Assembly (NCBI GenBank): GCA_011052015.1
Contig: DRJZ01000051.1
Span: forward strand, 828 to 64,827
Origin: Acidiferrobacteraceae bacterium
GTDB taxonomy: Bacteria > Pseudomonadota > Gammaproteobacteria > HyVt-429
Length of the DNA: 64,000 bases
Direction: 5' to 3'
In this document: piece by piece, positions 18,239-28,230 of the stretch
Layout of the letters: each line of letters starts with the position of its first letter
Numbering within the stretch: position 1 is the first letter of the stretch
Notes under the pieces: model-generated
Database searches by the model: none
What the model was told of the DNA's origin: nothing
What the model saw: only the letters and a program-made list of their open reading frames with translations
Translations under genes and position numbers: made by a program

Positions 18239-18721
18239 TCATATATAGAGGCTAATATCCGCTTCCCCGGCAAAGCCGAGAAACATGGAGGCACCGGCAA
18301 ACTCCACCCCATCAATAAACTCGCTGGGACCAAAATCAAACAGATCCACAGTCATCTGACAGCCGATCAACTTGACATCAGCCTCGACACACAGGCTGCG
18401 TAGTTCTTCCACGCTGGCTATACCCTTGGACTTCATCCGGGCTTTCATCATCACCGTCATCATGCTTTGCATACCGGGCAAGGCTTGTAACAACACCGGC
18501 ATGGGCACCGTCACCGGCCCCATCTTCATGGGCATCCCAGGATTGCCAAGGGAACTGATCTTGAGATTGAGATTTTTGCGCAACAGCTGGAGACCATAGA
18601 AAGTAAAAAAGATCTGCACCTCGAATCCCAGAGCGGCGGCCGTGGACGCCAGGATGAAGGGCGGGTAGGCCCAATCCAGTGTGCCCTTGGTCGCGATAAT
18701 TGCCATTTTCTTTTCTGCCAT
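18239..18721 (-). CDS. DsrE/DsrF-like family sulfur-relay protein (DsrE2/3-type)
   Basis: GGAGGTG RBS 5 nt before ATG at 18721 (MAEKKMAIIATKGTLDWAYPPFILASTAAALG...); conserved Cys in KLIGCQMT; about 160 aa. Confidence 0.55.
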   Translation of the reverse strand: MAEKKMAIIATKGTLDWAYPPFILASTAAALGFEVQIFFTFYGLQLLRKNLNLKISSLGNPGMPMKMGPVTVPMPVLLQALPGMQSMMTVMMKARMKSKGIASVEELRSLCVEADVKLIGCQMTVDLFDFGPSEFIDGVEFAGASMFLGFAGEADISLYI

Positions 18722-19126
18722 AACTTCACCTCCAATCAATAAAGTGTATGTTGTTACTCACCCGCCAAGCTGTATTTTCTACCCACCATGGTTATGCTCC
18801 TCCAAACTGTGCCAGCGGCTACCGATTTACATGGGTATAACGGGGTCTCAACCTGCGACCAGAGTCATCTCGACTGACACCCTGCGGCCAGTCTAGTACA
18901 TATATTAGCAAATCAGCAAATACTTTTTTAATAATATTATGTTAGTTTCCCTGGATACGGCCTAAGTTCAGTATTCCTGGATTTTTCGCTACAGTAAGTC
19001 TGAGGGGTGTAAAATTGACAGCGTTCAAACCCAAAACCCCAATCAGGGCCTGGATAAGGGAACGGCTTTACCACACAAGGGTCGAATGATAAGTACACAC
19101 AACTGTTTTAAGGCGTACAGCAATCC

Positions 19127-20593
19127 ATGATGACAAGCGCACGATACCTGAGCTTTTTGGGCACACTTTTTATAGCCACCATCGCCCCGGCAGGGGCCCA
19201 AGTCAGCGACCTGCCTGACTTGGGTGAGCAATCCGCTGCCATTATATCCATCGCCGAGGAACGGGAGTTGGGTGAAAATTTTATGCGTTCGGCCCACCAG
19301 CAGTTACGCTTCATAGATGACCCCGAACTCAATGGGTACATCCAGGCACTAGGCCAAAAGTTCGCTAAACTCAGTGGCTCCCAGCAAGAATTTCATTTTT
19401 TTATCATCAACGACAATAGCCTCAATGCCTTTGCAGTACCCGGAGGCTTTATTGGGGTGCATACCGGGTTGATCCTGGCGACACAGACCGAGGCCGAACT
19501 GGCCTCGGTGCTTGCCCATGAAACTGCCCACATCAGTCAACGCCATCTACCGCGAATGATCGCCCGGGCCAAGGAAAAAAGCTCCCTGCCCACTATTGCC
19601 GCGCTCATTGCCGCAGCCATGCTCGGTGGCCAGGCCGCCGAGGCGGCCATCGTCATGACTGCTGCAAAATCGGCCAAAAACCAACTCGATTACACCCGGG
19701 AGTTTGAACGTGAGGCGGACCGTATTGGTATGCAGATTCTGGCCAAGGCCCAGTATGAACCCCGCGCCATGTCCAGTTTTTTCCAACGCCTGCAGACCTC
19801 ATCACGAACCTATGATACGGGCGCCCCGGAGTTTTTACGTACCCACCCCGTTACTTCCAATCGAATTGCCGAGGCCCGTGCACGAGCCGATCGCTACCCC
19901 AAGACGTTTACTCAGGATAGTTCGGCATTCCATCACTTCCGCGCCCGAGTGCGGGTGCTCTCAAGTGACGACCCGGCACAGGCAGTCAACTATTTTGCCG
20001 GTGGTTTTAGGACTGGAAAAATCGCCGACGAAAACGCCCACCGCTATGGCTATAGTCTGGCCCTGCTCAAAGCTAACCGCCTCAGTGAAGCCAGCAAACA
20101 AGCAGCGCTTTTACTGTCACGCAATCCAGGCAAGGTCGATTACCAAATGCTTAAGGCCGAAATCGAAATGGCCATGGGACGCCTGAATGCATCCATCGGT
20201 CTGCTGGCCCGGGCTCACCAGTCCCATCCAGACAACCCCGTCATCAGCCAGCGTTATGCAGCAGCCCTGTTGCGAGGTGGACAAGCGAACAAGGCCAAAC
20301 AATTGCTGCGCAAGGTCTTACGTAAACATCCAGGTAATCCGATGCTCCAGAAAATGCTTGCCGCTGCCGCCGTAGACAGTGGCGACCCTTTAACCTCCCA
20401 TCGCGCCCTTGCGGAATTTTATTATCTAAACGGCAATGCCCGCGCCGCTATCGAGCAACTCATGATTGCAAATCGTTATACCAAAGGAAATTTTTACGAT
20501 CAGTCCGGTGTGGATGCGCGCATGCAAGAAATAAAAGGCGAAATAGCACGCTATAAAGACGACAAAGATGACAAGAAACACAAGAGCCACTGA
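19127..20593 (+). CDS. bepA: BepA/YfgC-type periplasmic M48 metalloprotease with C-terminal TPR domain
   Basis: Signal peptide; HEXXH in VLAHETAHISQRH; E..ADR motif; C-terminal TPR-like repeats; 488 aa. Confidence 0.75.
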   Translation: MMTSARYLSFLGTLFIATIAPAGAQVSDLPDLGEQSAAIISIAEERELGENFMRSAHQQLRFIDDPELNGYIQALGQKFAKLSGSQQEFHFFIINDNSLNAFAVPGGFIGVHTGLILATQTEAELASVLAHETAHISQRHLPRMIARAKEKSSLPTIAALIAAAMLGGQAAEAAIVMTAAKSAKNQLDYTREFEREADRIGMQILAKAQYEPRAMSSFFQRLQTSSRTYDTGAPEFLRTHPVTSNRIAEARARADRYPKTFTQDSSAFHHFRARVRVLSSDDPAQAVNYFAGGFRTGKIADENAHRYGYSLALLKANRLSEASKQAALLLSRNPGKVDYQMLKAEIEMAMGRLNASIGLLARAHQSHPDNPVISQRYAAALLRGGQANKAKQLLRKVLRKHPGNPMLQKMLAAAAVDSGDPLTSHRALAEFYYLNGNARAAIEQLMIANRYTKGNFYDQSGVDARMQEIKGEIARYKDDKDDKKHKSH

Positions 20594-20938
20594 CGACACA
20601 TTTTTCAGTTTGACTCAGCCTCCCTGGCCACCAAGGGGCGTCAAAATTTTGTCCAGATCCCTACTCACGACACCACCACAAACAAACGAGAATCAAGTAT
20701 ATTAGTAATTGCTAATATTACAATATGGGGCCCCGGCTTTTTTCTTCTTCCCCGATCGGGTTGCGCTCATCAATCTGGTGTGGTATTTCTTCTTTAGCAC
20801 TAACCAAAGCAGTTTCAGCTGCAGGCCCGAATCCAACAGGAAATCCAGCCGTATATAAGAAGACAACGATTTTGGTCCCTGTAAATTCTGGGTTAATTAT
20901 TCACAACTATTTATTCCCTATTCTACGAGGAGGATGTA

Positions 20939-21355
20939 ATGCGGAAATCCAGCACTTTCATTACCACCCTCGGTGCAGTTGCACTGATGATGGGTGGAAT
21001 GGCAATTGCACCGCAGGCAGTCGCGGTCGGCGAAATGCCGAGCAAGAAAGTCTGTAAATCAAAGCCCAAAGACCCCGTGGTCGCGGGTGGGTGCATCGCC
21101 ACTGACCGTAAAAAAGGCAATTGCATGGCTTGCCACAGCTTTGCTGGTCTAGAGAAGACCCGACTCCAATCCGGCAACGTTGGACCACCTCTCGTCGCCA
21201 TGAAACAACGCTTCAAAGACAAGAAAAAACTGCGTGCCCAAATCTGGGATGCCACCAAGGCTAACCCGCAGTCCATGATGCCGCCATTTGGTAGACATAA
21301 AATCTTGTCTGAAAAAGACATTGATCTGATTACCGCATGGGTGCTTAGCCTGTAG
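20939..21355 (+). CDS. soxX: SoxX monoheme cytochrome c
   Basis: Signal peptide, single CMACH heme motif, MMPPFG; first gene of a soxXYZA(B) array. Confidence 0.8.
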   Translation: MRKSSTFITTLGAVALMMGGMAIAPQAVAVGEMPSKKVCKSKPKDPVVAGGCIATDRKKGNCMACHSFAGLEKTRLQSGNVGPPLVAMKQRFKDKKKLRAQIWDATKANPQSMMPPFGRHKILSEKDIDLITAWVLSL

Positions 21356-21412
21356 TGGCAAAACAGATTTTAGTGGTAGCACAATTACACAGCTATGTAG
21401 GAGAAGGTAACA

Positions 21413-21880
21413 ATGAAACGTAGAACGTTTATGAAGGGCAGTCTTGCGGGAAGCGTACTGGCGGTTGCCGCCGGTAGTGGCCTGCTTAAGCCCACCGATG
21501 TCCTGGCAGCAGGGTGGCCGAAAGGGGCGTTTGACGCTCAAAGCGAAGCCGATATGCTGAGCAGCCTGTATGGCTCGAGCAGCGCCAGCGCTAGCGGAAA
21601 GATCCGTATTAAGGCCCCGATCCAGGCGGAAAATGGGCGCGTGGTGCCGGTTAAGGTACAGGCCAGTCTGGCTAATGTAGAATCCATTGCCGTCGCCGTC
21701 GCCAAGAACCCACGCCCCCTCGCCACTAGCGTCAATCTGAGCGGTGGTGCAACCGGCTATTACAGCACCCGCATTAAAATGGGCAAGACCTCTAAGGTCA
21801 CCGCCTATGTTAAAGCTGGCGGTAAACTGCATACGGCTTCCAAAACGGTGAAAGTGACCGTTGGTGGCTGCGGCGGTTAA
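21413..21880 (+). CDS. soxY: SoxY, copy 2
   Basis: Tat signal MKRRTFMKG; C-terminal VTVGGCGG. Confidence 0.9.
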   Translation: MKRRTFMKGSLAGSVLAVAAGSGLLKPTDVLAAGWPKGAFDAQSEADMLSSLYGSSSASASGKIRIKAPIQAENGRVVPVKVQASLANVESIAVAVAKNPRPLATSVNLSGGATGYYSTRIKMGKTSKVTAYVKAGGKLHTASKTVKVTVGGCGG

Positions 21881-21915
21881 GCCGGGCTTACGCTTAACAT
21901 ATCGAGGACTACGAA

Positions 21916-22227
21916 ATGGCTAGATTAACAAAGATCAAAACCAGGAAGCGTGGCGATACCACAGAAATCCTGGCACTGGTAAACCATCCTATGGAAACCG
22001 GTAGGCGCAAGAACAAAAAGACCAAGCAAAAGGTTCCGGCGCACTACATCCAGAAAATGACCTTCGAACTCAACGGCAAGGTAGTTGCGGAAGCGAGCTT
22101 GGGACCTGCGGTCTCCAAGAACCCTCTGACTGCCGTCACCGTCAAAGGCGCCAAAACTGGCGACAAAGTAAAGGTAAGCTGGACCGATAACAAGGGTGAA
22201 AGCGGCGGCGCCACAGGGGCCGTATAA
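21916..22227 (+). CDS. soxZ: SoxZ, copy 2
   Basis: 103 aa, LVNHPMETGRRKNKKTKQKVPAHYIQ; follows soxY. Confidence 0.9.
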   Translation: MARLTKIKTRKRGDTTEILALVNHPMETGRRKNKKTKQKVPAHYIQKMTFELNGKVVAEASLGPAVSKNPLTAVTVKGAKTGDKVKVSWTDNKGESGGATGAV

Positions 22228-22296
22228 CTTCAAACTTATTATGGGGATCGCCGGGTCGCTACGATTCGGCGGCATTCCAGCCTTAGGAGGAAAATA

Positions 22297-23115
22297 ATGA
22301 AGAAGCTTATTATTGCAGTAACGGCTCTTGGATTGCTGGCGTTTGGTTCGCTATCGGTCCAAGCTAGCCCTCAAAGTGACCTGAAAGCATTTCAGGGATA
22401 CTTTAAGAAAAACTTCCCAAAAATCAAATTCGACGATTTCTCAAATGGTCTTTATGCCCTTCCTGAGGCCGCCGACCGGCGCGCCGAATGGGAGGCCATC
22501 GAAGAATTCCCACCTTATGAGCTTGACCTCGCCAAGGGTAAGAAGTTTTGGGAGAAAAACAAGCTGGGTACCTGCTTTAAGAATGGCGGTGCCGGTATTG
22601 CCCAAAACTACCCCTACTGGGACAAGAAAAAGAAGGAAGTCCGCACCGCAGAGTTGGACATCAATGCCTGCTTGAAACGGCAAGGCAAAAAGCCTATCAA
22701 AAAAGGCAAATTGGCTACCGTAACCGCCTATTTCTATAACATGGCGCGGGGCAAACGGATCAAGATTGACGTGTCAGCTCCTGGCGCTATTGCCGAATAT
22801 GAGAAGGGCAAGCATTTCTTCTGGGCCAAGCGCGGCCAGTTGAACTTCTCATGCGCCAACTGTCACATCAGCGGGGCAGGCAAGCGGGTTGGCGGTAACA
22901 TCATGAGTACGGCTCTGGGTCACGGTACCGGTTTTCCGGCCTACCGCTCCAAGTGGGGCGGTCTGGGTACCATCCACCGCCGTTATAAAGGCTGCAACAA
23001 GCAGGTGCGGACTGCGCCATTAAAGCAGAACAACAAGACGTACCGTGCACTGCAACTGTATGAAACATATATGAATACAGGCCTGCCTTTGACGGCACCC
23101 AGTAACCGGTTCTAG
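22297..23115 (+). CDS. soxA: SoxA, monoheme type
   Basis: Signal peptide; single CANCH heme motif; Cys ligand in RRYKGCNKQVR; no second CXXCH. Confidence 0.85.
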   Translation: MKKLIIAVTALGLLAFGSLSVQASPQSDLKAFQGYFKKNFPKIKFDDFSNGLYALPEAADRRAEWEAIEEFPPYELDLAKGKKFWEKNKLGTCFKNGGAGIAQNYPYWDKKKKEVRTAELDINACLKRQGKKPIKKGKLATVTAYFYNMARGKRIKIDVSAPGAIAEYEKGKHFFWAKRGQLNFSCANCHISGAGKRVGGNIMSTALGHGTGFPAYRSKWGGLGTIHRRYKGCNKQVRTAPLKQNNKTYRALQLYETYMNTGLPLTAPSNRF

Positions 23116-23142
23116 CACCTACCGTAATAAAATGGGGTACCA

Positions 23143-23172
23143 AAGCCCGGCCCCAGTGGCCGGGCTTTTTTT
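23143..23172 (+). terminator. Rho-independent terminator after soxA
   Basis: AGCCCGGCC-CCAGT-GGCCGGGCT perfect stem followed by TTTTTTTT. Confidence 0.65.
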
Positions 23173-23319
23173 TAATAAGTTGCATGGGGATTCAGCGCAT
23201 AATTAAAACGTTTGGAATGGCCCTGAACCCTGTAGCGTTCTAGTTCTAGTGCGGGGTAACCCACTAAACATACGCTACTAAATAATTACAACAGACCGTT
23301 TGATGATGGAGCTAAGAAG

Positions 23320-25068
23320 ATGAGCCTTTCCCGACGTGAATTCCTCCAACTGCTGACTGCAGCCAGTGCCGCAGGATTCGCCCTGCCAGGCTGCGACAGC
23401 AGCAACACCACGACCGCGCATACCACAGCTTCATCTACCAACCCGGCCGACCCCTATGAGCTAAAGCCGTTTGGTAATGTTTCCTTTATGCACTTTACCG
23501 ACTGCCACGCGCAACTGCTACCCGTGCATTTTAGAGAACCCAACATTAACCTGGGTTTCGGTAGCGCCTATGGCAAGGCCCCGCATCTGGTAGGCGACAA
23601 GTTCCTGAAGCATTTCGGCATCAAACCCGGCACACGTGAGGCCCATGCCTTTACCTACCTGAACTATGTCGAAGCCGCGCAAAAATACGGCAAGGTCGGT
23701 GGCTTTGCCCATCTTGCCACCCTCGTCAAACAGATTAAGGCGCAGCGTCCAAACGCTCTACTACTCGACGGTGGTGACACTTGGCAGGGTTCGGCCACCG
23801 CACTGTGGACCAAGGGTCAAGATATGATAGATGCCTGTAAGCTTCTGGGCGTGGACGTTATGACCGGCCACTGGGAGTTCACCTATGGAGCCAAACGGGT
23901 ACAGGACATCATCAAGAATGATCTTGATGGCCATATAGAATTTCTAGCTCAAAATGTGGTGGAAACCACGTTTGAAGACCGCATTTTTAATCCCTATACC
24001 ATTAAAGAACAAAATGGCATCAAAATCGCGGTCATCGGCCAGGCCTTCCCTTACACACCGATTGCCAACCCACGTTACATGATCCCGGATTGGAGCTTCG
24101 GTATTCGTGATGAGGCCCTGCAAGAACTGGTTGACGAGGTGCGTGGCAAAGGGGCCCAAGTGGTAGTTATCCTGTCTCACAACGGCATGGACGTGGACCT
24201 CAAGATGGCTAGCCGGGTAACCGGTGTCGATGCCATCATGGGTGGTCACACCCACGACGGGGTTCCGGCGCCCAGTGTCATCAGCAACTCCAATGGCAAA
24301 ACCCTGGTTATCAACTCGGGCTCAAACGGAAAGTTCTTGTCGGTGCTGGACCTCGAAGTCAAAGGGGGCAAAGTTAGCGATTATCGCTTCAAGATGCTGC
24401 CGATATTCTCGAATCTCATCAAGGCCGATGCCCAGATGACTGCCCATATCAATAAGGTCCGTGCACCTTACAAGGCCAAACTTGAAGAAAAGCTGGCCAT
24501 CACCGACAGCCTGCTCTACCGGCGGGGCAACTTTAATGGCACCTTTGATCAACTGATTCTGAATGCCCAAATAGAGGTCCAGGGCGCTGATATGGCGTTT
24601 TCACCGGGATTTCGTTGGGGCGTGAGTCTACTACCGGGAGAGGCCATCACCCGTGAGGCCTTGATGTCTCAGACCGCAATCACCTACCCCAAGGCCACCC
24701 TCAACACAATAACGGGCGAAAACCTGAAGACCATCATGGAAGGCATCGCCGACAACCTGTTCCACGAAGATCCCTACTATCAGATGGGTGGAGATATGGT
24801 GCGAACCGCCGGATTAAAATACACCATTGACCCCACCGCAAAGATGGACCACCGAATCAGCGATATGGAGATAAACGGTTCAAAAGTAGAGGCCAGCAAG
24901 GAATATCTAGTCGCTGGCTGGGCTGCGGTTAACCCGGTACCGAAGGGTCGACCCATCTGGGACATCGTCGAGGAATACCTGAAATCCATTAAAGTCGTCA
25001 AAATAGACAAACCCAATGTGCCAAAATTAAAAGGGTCAAGCGGCAACCCAGGTATTGCAAGTATATAA
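23320..25068 (+). CDS. soxB: SoxB thiosulfohydrolase (5'-nucleotidase/metallophosphatase family)
   Basis: Tat signal SRREFLQLL; metallophosphatase motifs (FMHFTDCHAQL, GGDTWQGS, GHWEF, GGHTHD); 582 aa. Confidence 0.9.
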   Translation: MSLSRREFLQLLTAASAAGFALPGCDSSNTTTAHTTASSTNPADPYELKPFGNVSFMHFTDCHAQLLPVHFREPNINLGFGSAYGKAPHLVGDKFLKHFGIKPGTREAHAFTYLNYVEAAQKYGKVGGFAHLATLVKQIKAQRPNALLLDGGDTWQGSATALWTKGQDMIDACKLLGVDVMTGHWEFTYGAKRVQDIIKNDLDGHIEFLAQNVVETTFEDRIFNPYTIKEQNGIKIAVIGQAFPYTPIANPRYMIPDWSFGIRDEALQELVDEVRGKGAQVVVILSHNGMDVDLKMASRVTGVDAIMGGHTHDGVPAPSVISNSNGKTLVINSGSNGKFLSVLDLEVKGGKVSDYRFKMLPIFSNLIKADAQMTAHINKVRAPYKAKLEEKLAITDSLLYRRGNFNGTFDQLILNAQIEVQGADMAFSPGFRWGVSLLPGEAITREALMSQTAITYPKATLNTITGENLKTIMEGIADNLFHEDPYYQMGGDMVRTAGLKYTIDPTAKMDHRISDMEINGSKVEASKEYLVAGWAAVNPVPKGRPIWDIVEEYLKSIKVVKIDKPNVPKLKGSSGNPGIASI

Positions 25069-25088
25069 AAACCTGCATACATGAAAAT

Positions 25089-25118
25089 GAAAAGGGCTCC
25101 CTTAGGGGGCTCTTTTTT
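25089..25118 (+). terminator. Probable rho-independent terminator after soxB (imperfect stem plus T-run)
   Basis: AAAAGGGCTCCC-TTAG-GGGGCTCTTTTTT. Confidence 0.45.
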
Positions 25119-25175
25119 GTTGTCTAAATTTCGGGGATTTACCTCGAGGAAATTTAAGGTCGTGCAATATATATA

Positions 25176-25251
25176 TGGTGGGCCGTGCTGGGATCGAACC
25201 AGCGACCACCTGATTAAAAGTCGGGTGCTCTACCTACTGAGCTAACGGCCC
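25176..25251 (-). tRNA. tRNA-Lys (anticodon UUU)
   Basis: Reverse complement reads GGGCCGTTAGCTCAGTAGGTAGAGCACCCGACTTTTAATCAGGTGGTCGCTGGTTCGATCCCAGCACGGCCCACCA: 7-bp acceptor stem, GCTC/GAGC D-stem, CTTTTAA anticodon loop, GGTTCGATCC T-arm, encoded CCA. Confidence 0.8.
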
Positions 25252-25351
25252 ATAAAAAACTGTCGTGCGCTACGCGCCACGCGTGGCTTGTAGATTATAT
25301 TTCGGCAGGATTATACCCTCACGAGATTGTCCTGTCCCGTGAGAATAGCTA

Positions 25352-25476
25352 GGGAAATTCTGATCAATTGAACTTAAACCGCCAAGACGCCAAGAATTTT
25401 CTTTATAAAAATCAACAATCTATTAGCTTGGCGACCTTAGCGCCTTGGCGGTTGAGCGTATTAATCAGAGGCTCCC
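25352..25476 (+). mobile_element. MITE-like element copy 2, inserted next to tRNA-Lys
   Basis: TA|GGGAAATTCTGATCAAT...ATTAATCAGAGGCTCCC|TA; internal CCGCCAAGACGCCAAG ... CTTGGCGACCTTAGCGCCTTGGCGG. Confidence 0.65.
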
Positions 25477-25482
25477 TAGAAA

Positions 25483-26718
25483 TTATACTGCTTCGAGCTT
25501 GCGCATGGCCTTGGGTAGCATGCGCATATCCACCAACGAACTGACCAATGCAGCGTAAAAGTTGGCCTCGTCTTCGTACACCATTCGGTAATATTGAATT
25601 TTCATGGTTAAGGCACTGCCAAACACGATAGAGAAGAACACCAATATTGATCCAAGGGCCAACGTGGATATGCCAGTAATCGCCTGGCCGACGGTACAGC
25701 CCATAGCCAACACCCCACCCACACCCATCAGTACCGCACCCATGGCGTGCCTAAAGAAATCTCCAAATGAGGCAAACCACTCAATACTGAATCGTTTCGA
25801 GATAATGGCGTATAAAAACGACCCCACGATAACACCGAACAGGGCCATTACACCAAAGTTTATGAAGCTGACTTTAGTAGGGCTCGACAAATAGCGCCAG
25901 GTATCACCCGTGGGACTGACAAATGTATAGGACTGGGCCATCACCCGGCTTGGGATCTCATCGGCAAATTCAGCATAGGCTTTCCATTCCTCACCCATAG
26001 GGCCCGCAGTAATGTACCAACCCGCAATAATCACCAAACCAATGACAAATCCAGCGAGTACATTATCAAACCGGCTGCGAAAATCTGTGGATACAAACAC
26101 AAATATCGCCAGGGACAGGGCAATTAAGCCACCAAACACAAAATGCAACATAGAGGTATCCTCCATGCCGATCGCGCCACCGATAATAGCGCCAAGCTCC
26201 TGGCTCCCAATGCCCATTGCCGCCAAATCCACGGTCGTGGGCTGAATCCAGGGCATGAAATAATTGGTAAAAATACCTTCACCCGGCGCCAAGGGATCCT
26301 CTCCCCACAGCATCATATAGGCAGAAGCAGCAATAATAACGAGCACAACAATGGATTTGATATTGCCGCCACCGATACGTACCAGGGTACGCTGAGCGCA
26401 ACCACTCCCTAAGGTCATACCGATGCCGAACAAGGTGCCCCCCAGGACATACCGCAACCAGGCAAAATTGGCCGTACGATAAGGCGGGAAGGTCGCTGTA
26501 CCCAGTTCAATTTTGCCCAAATACTCAAGCAACAGCACACCAGCCAAGGCCACGGTCATAGCAAACACCCACGCCCGTAAACGTCCAGTGTCGCCCATAT
26601 TGACCCAGTCGGAGACCGCACCCATGGTACAAAAATTTGTTTTGAAAACTATCGCACCCATAAATACAGCGAGCAGGAATACGAGTAATAAAACTTGAAT
26701 ATGGATAGTAAATTCCAC
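25483..26718 (-). CDS. YeeE/YedE-family (TsuA-like) putative thiosulfate/sulfur-compound transporter
   Basis: Two internally repeated halves, each with the conserved Cys motif (FCTMGAVSD and GCTVGQAITGIS); highly hydrophobic, 411 aa. Confidence 0.7.
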   Translation of the reverse strand: MEFTIHIQVLLLVFLLAVFMGAIVFKTNFCTMGAVSDWVNMGDTGRLRAWVFAMTVALAGVLLLEYLGKIELGTATFPPYRTANFAWLRYVLGGTLFGIGMTLGSGCAQRTLVRIGGGNIKSIVVLVIIAASAYMMLWGEDPLAPGEGIFTNYFMPWIQPTTVDLAAMGIGSQELGAIIGGAIGMEDTSMLHFVFGGLIALSLAIFVFVSTDFRSRFDNVLAGFVIGLVIIAGWYITAGPMGEEWKAYAEFADEIPSRVMAQSYTFVSPTGDTWRYLSSPTKVSFINFGVMALFGVIVGSFLYAIISKRFSIEWFASFGDFFRHAMGAVLMGVGGVLAMGCTVGQAITGISTLALGSILVFFSIVFGSALTMKIQYYRMVYEDEANFYAALVSSLVDMRMLPKAMRKLEAV

Positions 26719-26843
26719 GATTTGTCACCTCAGGAAAACGCCGCCTAAAAGTGGCGGCGTCAGAAGAATTTTGTCTATTTTACTGACTTAGGGGCACACG
26801 ATCCAGCCGTGATATATGCCTTTAATATCAATAAGTTATAACC

Positions 26844-27539
26844 CTACCTGGCCGGATTATAACAAGTCGGGTCGGAGACACCGGCCTCGGCAAACCCGGT
26901 GGCCCGCAGTCGGCAAGAATCACATTGTGAGCATCCCCGGCCCCTCTCGTCTGGCGCATAACAAGAAATGGTCTGTGAATAATCCACGCCAAGTCGTAGT
27001 CCAAGCTTGATTATCTCGGCTTTAGTCATGTTGATTAAAGGCGCATGGATTTCAAAACCCTTGCCCTCAATGCCTTCGCGGGTACCGAGATTGGCAACAC
27101 CCTCAAAAGCCTGGATAAACTGCGGCCTACAATCTGGATAACCCGAGTAGTCCACCGCATTGGCGCCGATAAAAATGTGGTTTGCGTGTAACACCTCGGC
27201 CCAAGACAGGGCCATGGCCAGAAATACAGTATTGCGCGCCGGTACGTAGGTGACAGGTATACCTTGACTAGGCGTACAGGGTATCTCTATATCCCGATCG
27301 GTCAACGCAGACCCTCCCAATTGACCCATGGGGAGACTGAGTACCCGGTGTTGCCGGGCCCCGAGCTGTGCCGCAATTATCCGGGCCGCGTCCAATTCCA
27401 CTGCGTGGCGCTGACCATAGTCAAAGCTCAAGGCATAACAGTCAAACCCTTGCTCTCGGGCCAGTGCCAGGGTGGTTGCAGAGTCCAATCCCCCGGAAAT
27501 TAAGACTACTGCCTCAGGACAATCAGCGGCCATGGGCAC
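26844..27539 (-). CDS. queC: 7-cyano-7-deazaguanine synthase QueC
   Basis: PP-loop SGGLDS, YGQRH, C-terminal zinc-binding CxxC...C cluster ([17 protein letters not shown]); 231 aa. Confidence 0.9.
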   Translation of the reverse strand: MPMAADCPEAVVLISGGLDSATTLALAREQGFDCYALSFDYGQRHAVELDAARIIAAQLGARQHRVLSLPMGQLGGSALTDRDIEIPCTPSQGIPVTYVPARNTVFLAMALSWAEVLHANHIFIGANAVDYSGYPDCRPQFIQAFEGVANLGTREGIEGKGFEIHAPLINMTKAEIIKLGLRLGVDYSQTISCYAPDERGRGCSQCDSCRLRATGFAEAGVSDPTCYNPAR

Positions 27540-28215
27540 CGTTCCACAATATCTTATGAAGCTGTATCTGCATACGCACAGCCAAGTGATCCTCCAATAT
27601 CCATTCCGCCAGATCGGTGGGGTTCAATTTTTTGTCCACTGGGGAGAACAAGACTTCACATACTGATGACAAACCATATTCTCTCAGTGTTTCTCTCGCC
27701 CATTCGTAGTCGGTACGATCTAGCAGCACAAATTTAACTTGGTCTTTCGCCCTGAGAAGTTGGATATTCTCACGGAGATTTCGGTCTCCTTCCCCAGACC
27801 CCGGTGTTTTTATATCCATAACAATAGACACCCGTGGGTCGATATCTTCTAGTGTCACTGCACCACTGGTCTCCAGCGAGACTTTATAAGCTTCATCACA
27901 CAAGGCGGCGAGTAATGGGCGGCATTGGCGTTGCGCCAGTGGTTCACCTCCGGTAATGGTGATATAGAGAGGATTGTAGCCTGCAACCTCGGTCAACACT
28001 TCGTGAATGTCCAGCCATTCGCCACCGCGAAAGGCATAACGAGTATCGCAATATACACAACGCAAGGGACAGCCGGTCAAACGAATAAAAACCGTGGGTA
28101 CACCAACGGTTCTGGACTCCCCCTGTAGGGAATAAAATATCTCTGTAATGCGCAGGCGGTCGGCAGCAGTGTCAACTCGCGTATCAAGGCTATTTTTTGA
28201 ATGTAGCGAGACCAT
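27523..28215 (-). CDS. queE: 7-carboxy-7-deazaguanine synthase QueE (radical SAM)
   Basis: [34 protein letters not shown] radical-SAM/QueE N-terminal signature. Confidence 0.85.
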   Translation of the reverse strand: MVSLHSKNSLDTRVDTAADRLRITEIFYSLQGESRTVGVPTVFIRLTGCPLRCVYCDTRYAFRGGEWLDIHEVLTEVAGYNPLYITITGGEPLAQRQCRPLLAALCDEAYKVSLETSGAVTLEDIDPRVSIVMDIKTPGSGEGDRNLRENIQLLRAKDQVKFVLLDRTDYEWARETLREYGLSSVCEVLFSPVDKKLNPTDLAEWILEDHLAVRMQIQLHKILWNGAHGR

Positions 28216-28230
28216 GGCGCCTAAATTCTA

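Noticed and set aside
20594-20660. Possible terminator after bepA (CCCTGGCCACCAAGGGG)
   Set aside because: Arms do not form a clean stem (CCCTGG versus CCAAGG) and no T-run follows.
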